Of a stretch of 64,000 nucleotides of DNA, positions 60,152 through 64,000 are shown piece after piece; the first letter of the stretch is position 1; the number at the start of each line of letters is the position of its first letter. Below the pieces are notes generated by a model. That model was not told the DNA's origin. It did not search any database and saw only the letters and a program-made list of their open reading frames with translations. A program made the translations under genes and the position numbers. This stretch comes from an uncultured Thermoleophilia bacterium (GTDB taxonomy: Bacteria > Actinomycetota > Thermoleophilia > UBA2241): positions 1,043,379-1,107,378 of the forward strand of contig CAVPIV010000004.1 of assembly GCA_963705085.1 (NCBI GenBank), given 5' to 3'.

Positions 60152-60580
60152 TCAGCGACGGGCGAGCCTGCGCCCGACCGCCAAGCCGACGGACGCCACG
60201 ATCACGCTCAGGGCGGCGCCCCACACCATGTCGACGACGGTGAGGCTCAGCGGCCAGCCTTCGAGCGTCGCCAGGTTGGTCAGGTCGTAGGTGCCGTACG
60301 CGACGACACCGAGGAGGGCCGCCCTGGCGAGGGTAGAGCCCAGGCGGTTCGCCGCCAGCCCGGGCGCGACAACGAGGACGACGAGCCCGGCGACGAACAG
60401 CAGGTAGAAGACGATCGCCGCCGCCCACGTGACCTCATCGGCCATGAGATGGCCGATGCGCGGCTCGTAGAAGCGCGGCGACATGAGGATGAGCCAGACG
60501 AAGTCGACCACGAGGAACGCGGCGAGGCAGGAGGCGTAGAGCTTGAGGTAGACGCCGAGCCCGACGGTACGGGGCTTCAT
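60152..60580 (-). CDS. DUF2177 family membrane protein
   Basis: DFVWL, AYGTYDLTNLATL..W...VDMVWG. ATGA overlap with porB. Confidence 0.9.
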   Translation of the reverse strand: MKPRTVGLGVYLKLYASCLAAFLVVDFVWLILMSPRFYEPRIGHLMADEVTWAAAIVFYLLFVAGLVVLVVAPGLAANRLGSTLARAALLGVVAYGTYDLTNLATLEGWPLSLTVVDMVWGAALSVIVASVGLAVGRRLARR

Positions 60581-61494
60581 GCGGACGGTCCCTGCACGCG
60601 CTGCCCGTCCCGCGCCGCGAAGTCCGCCCAGCGCTCGTCCACCCAGGCCTGCGTCTGGGCGACGCCCTCGTCGCTCATTCCCCGAAATCGCGCCTGAGCG
60701 GCGAGGAACTGCGCCACCGGCTTGCGACCGCCCGCTCTGGCCAGCGAGCGCGAGCGGCCGGTGAGCCGCAAGACGCCGTTCTCGACCTCGTAGAGGACGA
60801 CGAGGCCGGTCTGGACGGCGAGCTTGCCGAGCGTGACGGTGTCTTTGGGGTCGAAGCCCCAGCCCGAGGGACAGGGCGTGTTCATGTGGATGTAGCGCAG
60901 GCCGGCGATGCCGCGAGCCTTTGCTACCTTGTCGTAGACGTCCTCGGGGTAGGCCGCGGAGGTCGAGGCCACGTAGGGGATCCCGTGGGCCTCCATGATG
61001 CGCGGCATGTCCTTGGGGTTCTCGCGCTTGCCCGTCGAGGTCGTCGTCGTCCTCGCCCCCTGTGGCGTGAGACCGGAACGCTGCGTCCCCGTGTTCATGT
61101 ACGCCTCGTTGTCGTAGCAGAGGTAGATGAAGTCCTCGTTGCGTTCGGCGGCGCCGGAGAGCGCCTGGATGCCGATGTCGGCCGTGCCGCCGTCGCCTGC
61201 CATGGCGAGCACGGTCATCTCATGGGAGCGGCCCAGAGCGCGCAGACCCGCCGCCGCGCCCGTCGCCGCGGCGGCGGTCGAGGGAAAGGCCACGTTGATC
61301 CACGGCACTGCGACGGAGCTGACGGGATACATGCCGCCGAGCACGGTGAGGCAACTCGCCGGCACCGTCATCACCATCTGGCCCTCGAGGGCCTTGGTGA
61401 TGGCCCGCAGCCCGATGCCCAGGCTGCAGCCGGCGCAGGCGCGGTTGCCGGAGAGCACGTACTCGCGCTCGGGGAGATCGATGATCTTCGTCAC
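60577..61494 (-). CDS. porB: 2-oxoacid:ferredoxin oxidoreductase beta subunit (TPP-binding)
   Basis: ACAGC, GDGGTADIG, YDNEAYMNTG, PCPSGW. Confidence 0.9.
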   Translation of the reverse strand: MTKIIDLPEREYVLSGNRACAGCSLGIGLRAITKALEGQMVMTVPASCLTVLGGMYPVSSVAVPWINVAFPSTAAAATGAAAGLRALGRSHEMTVLAMAGDGGTADIGIQALSGAAERNEDFIYLCYDNEAYMNTGTQRSGLTPQGARTTTTSTGKRENPKDMPRIMEAHGIPYVASTSAAYPEDVYDKVAKARGIAGLRYIHMNTPCPSGWGFDPKDTVTLGKLAVQTGLVVLYEVENGVLRLTGRSRSLARAGGRKPVAQFLAAQARFRGMSDEGVAQTQAWVDERWADFAARDGQRVQGPSA

Positions 61495-61507
61495 AGCGCA
61501 GCTCCTG

Positions 61508-62731
61508 CTAGATCGCGAGGTTGAGCCAGTCGTCGGGCCGATCGTCGACGCCGGCGGCGCGGTCGGCCAGCGCCCGGCGAGCCGCCGCCGCCAGATCCTC
61601 CGGCGTCGTGTCGCGGCCGCCGAGGCCGCAGATCGCGCCGAAGACGGCAGGGGCGTCGGCGCGACCGCAGAGGGCGGCTCGCAGATCGTTGCAGATCGGG
61701 CCGCCGAGGCCGTACGAGAGCGCCTTGTCGAAGACGAGCGCGATGCGGCGGCCGGCGAGAGCCGCGCGCAGGGCGGCGGCCGGGAACGGCCGGTAGGCGC
61801 GCACGCCGAGCACGCCCGCCTTGACGCCCTCCGCCCGCAGAGCATCGGCGGTCACGGTGAGTTGCGTCGCCAGCGAGCCGGCCGCGACGAGGGCGATCTC
61901 GGCGTCGTCGAGACGATCGGCCCAGCAGAGGCCTCCCCACGACCGGCCGAGGGCGGCCTCGTACTCGGCGTCCACGCGCGGGATGACCTCGAGCGCCTCG
62001 ATCATCGCCCGTTGGTGCAGCGCCCGCAGCTCCATGTAGCCGTGACAGGTCGCCCCCCCGGCGTCGTTGCGCGGATCGGCCAGGGTCACCTGGCCGATGT
62101 TGCGCGGATCCGCGGCGTCGACAACCTGCAGCGGCTCGGGTCGCGGAGGCAGGAAGGCGTCGACCGCGCCCTGTGCCGGCACGTCGACAGGCATGACGGT
62201 ATGCGACAGCAGAAAGCCGTCGTAGCACACCATCACCGGCACGTTCACGGTCTCGGCGATGCGAAACGCGTGGAGGAACGAGTCCAGGATCTCCTGGTTG
62301 TCGCGGCAGTAGAGCTGTACCCAGCCGGCGTCGCGCTCGGCCATGGAGTCCTGCTGATCGTTGAGGACGTTCCAGGGCGCGGCCAAGGCTCGGTTGACGA
62401 CGCCCATGACCACGGGCAGCCGGGCGCCCGCCGTCCACCAGACCTGCTCGTTCATGTAGGCGAGCCCATTGGAGCTGGTCGCGGTGAAGACGCGGGCGCC
62501 CACGGTCGAGGCGGCCAGGCACACGGTCAGCGCCGAGTGCTCCGACTCGACCGCGACGAACTCAGCCGCCAGCTCGCCGTCCTCCACCCAGCGGGAGAGC
62601 GACTCCACGACGGGCGACTGCGGCGTGATCGGGTAGGCGGCCACGACTTGCACGCGGGCCAGCTTCGCGGCGGTGGCGGCGGCCTCGTTGCCGGTCATGA
62701 CCACGATGTTGGCGGTGGTGCCCTCAGGCAT
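61508..62731 (-). CDS. porA: 2-oxoacid:ferredoxin oxidoreductase alpha subunit
   Basis: GNEAAA, AYPITPQ, ESEHSA, TATSSNGL, NRAL, DGFLLSH, GLGGRD. Confidence 0.92.
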   Translation of the reverse strand: MPEGTTANIVVMTGNEAAATAAKLARVQVVAAYPITPQSPVVESLSRWVEDGELAAEFVAVESEHSALTVCLAASTVGARVFTATSSNGLAYMNEQVWWTAGARLPVVMGVVNRALAAPWNVLNDQQDSMAERDAGWVQLYCRDNQEILDSFLHAFRIAETVNVPVMVCYDGFLLSHTVMPVDVPAQGAVDAFLPPRPEPLQVVDAADPRNIGQVTLADPRNDAGGATCHGYMELRALHQRAMIEALEVIPRVDAEYEAALGRSWGGLCWADRLDDAEIALVAAGSLATQLTVTADALRAEGVKAGVLGVRAYRPFPAAALRAALAGRRIALVFDKALSYGLGGPICNDLRAALCGRADAPAVFGAICGLGGRDTTPEDLAAAARRALADRAAGVDDRPDDWLNLAI

Positions 62732-62752
62732 CGGTCACATCCCCCTGCGCAG

Positions 62753-63062
62753 TCAGTACCCGCACGTGCCGGTCTCGTACTCGGGCTCCATGACGAGCGC
62801 GTCGGCGGGGCAGACCTCGGCGCAGATCCCACAGCCTTTGCAGTAGGTCAGGTCGATCTCCGGCCCGACGCTCTGCGTGATGCAGGCGTCGGGGCAGTAC
62901 GCCCAGCACAGCTGGCAGGTCACCCTGCCGGCCATGACGGCAAGACAGGCCTCACGCGCAGCCAGGACCGGCCGGCTAGGACCGCCAGTCGCCGGTCCTG
63001 CCGGCCTCGCCGACGCTCGGCGTCGCCATACAGATCTCGTGCCCGCAGTCGCTCGTGCCCAT
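62753..63062 (-). CDS. porD: 2-oxoacid:ferredoxin oxidoreductase delta subunit, interrupted by one extra base at ~62978
   Basis: GRTGDWRS-[T]-SRPVL...CLAV..CQLCWAYCPD...YCKGCGICAEVCP. Confidence 0.85.
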
Positions 63063-63071
63063 CCGCCGCTC

Positions 63072-63698
63072 CTACCTGCTCGTGCATCCCGCGGCGATCG
63101 TCGCCGCCTCGTAGTTCAGCTGCGCCGGCCCCGACGGGAAAGCGTGCCCGATCGCCTCTTCGAGCGCGTCCATGCCGATGAGACCGGTGGCCGCGGCGAT
63201 GGCGCCGAGCATCGCCGTGTTGACCATCGGCGTCCCGCGAACGACGAGACCGGCCGCCTGAGCGGCGCCGGTCACGTCGGCGGTGACGACGCGGGCGCCG
63301 TCGGGCAGCGAGGCGGCCTCGATTCCCAGGTCGGCGACTGACCGCGCCGTGTTGACGATGACGACGGCGCCCGGCCGCAGCCCGGCGGTGATGCCGTCGG
63401 AGCCGATCAGGGTCTCGTCGAGCACGACGACGACGTCCGGCGTCGCGACCTGCGAGAGCACCCGGATCGGGTGATGCGCGAGCCGGGTCGAGGCCGTGAT
63501 CGGCGCCCCGCGGCGCTCAGCGCCGAAGGTCGGGGCGCTCGTCACGCCGGAGAACCCGCTGCGATAGCCGGCGTCGGCCAGGATCTTGGCGCTGGTCACC
63601 GCGCCCTGCCCGCCGCGCCCGTGCCAGCGGATCTCGTAGAGCTCCTGCTCATGCATCCTGAGCGCTTCGCGAGTCGTCACCGGCTCGTCCGTCGTCAT
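63072..63698 (-). CDS. porG: 2-oxoacid:ferredoxin oxidoreductase gamma subunit
   Basis: EIRWHGRGGQGAVT, FGAERRGAP, NTAMLGA. Confidence 0.92.
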   Translation of the reverse strand: MTTDEPVTTREALRMHEQELYEIRWHGRGGQGAVTSAKILADAGYRSGFSGVTSAPTFGAERRGAPITASTRLAHHPIRVLSQVATPDVVVVLDETLIGSDGITAGLRPGAVVIVNTARSVADLGIEAASLPDGARVVTADVTGAAQAAGLVVRGTPMVNTAMLGAIAAATGLIGMDALEEAIGHAFPSGPAQLNYEAATIAAGCTSR

Positions 63699-63712
63699 CG
63701 GCTCGCCTCGCC

Positions 63713-64000
63713 TCACGCGTCGCGCATCTCTTCGTGGACCTCGTCGCCCGTCTCGCCGGCGAAGACGCCGATGTGGAGGTCGAGCAGTTCCTTGGCCTGT
63801 TCCCGCAGCTTGTATTTCTGGATCTTCCCGGAAGCCGTCAGCGGGAACTGGCCGACGAAGAAGACGTACTTCGGCGTCTTGTAGCGGGCCAGGCGAGCGC
63901 GGGCGAACTCCTGCACGTCCGACTCGGTGACGTCGGCGCCCGCCTTGCGGCGGATGAACGCCCCCACGACCTCGCCGTACTTCTCGTCCGGCACGCCGAC
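63713..64000 (-). CDS. AMP-dependent acyl-CoA synthetase, C-terminal part (truncated by window edge)
   Basis: [28 protein letters not shown]. Confidence 0.9.
   Translation of the reverse strand, partial: VGVPDEKYGEVVGAFIRRKAGADVTESDVQEFARARLARYKTPKYVFFVGQFPLTASGKIQKYKLREQAKELLDLHIGVFAGETGDEVHEEMRDA

Overview
A 64-kb window from a very GC-rich bacterium with an actinobacterial look (judged by eye, not computed) and many anaerobic enzymes. The left ~27 kb is a methylated-amine utilisation cluster. It contains a dimethylamine-type methyltransferase (mtbB) and a trimethylamine-type methyltransferase (mttB), each split by an in-frame TAG at the canonical pyrrolysine position. It also contains three non-Pyl MttB paralogs, one corrinoid protein, a TetR regulator, a Dpp/Opp-type ABC importer, two class III aminotransferases, MmsA/IolA, a beta-hydroxyacid dehydrogenase, an AOR with ferredoxin and MoaD, an MDR oxidoreductase and an ALDH. 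A shared 20-bp palindrome lies upstream of three of its transcription units. TAG is still used as an ordinary stop, yet 5 of 7 TAG stops with a close co-oriented neighbour are in frame with that neighbour, so amber read-through would give fusion proteins. The middle holds serA, a class V aminotransferase, ilvC, an NDP-forming acyl-CoA ligase and a QueG-like protein. The right half is a patchwork of accessory genes: TipA-type MerR with a textbook 19-bp-spacer promoter, ABC exporter, hemerythrin, KamA-like radical SAM coupled to a ureohydrolase, CEOS, RsgA-like GTPase with a structured uORF leader, MsrBA, alternative oxidase-like, SQR and a porGDAB-type operon. Several single-base frameshifts, mostly in short homopolymers, suggest assembly errors. 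No rRNA, tRNA (including pylT), CRISPR array or transposase was recognised. All calls come from motif recognition, without database searches.
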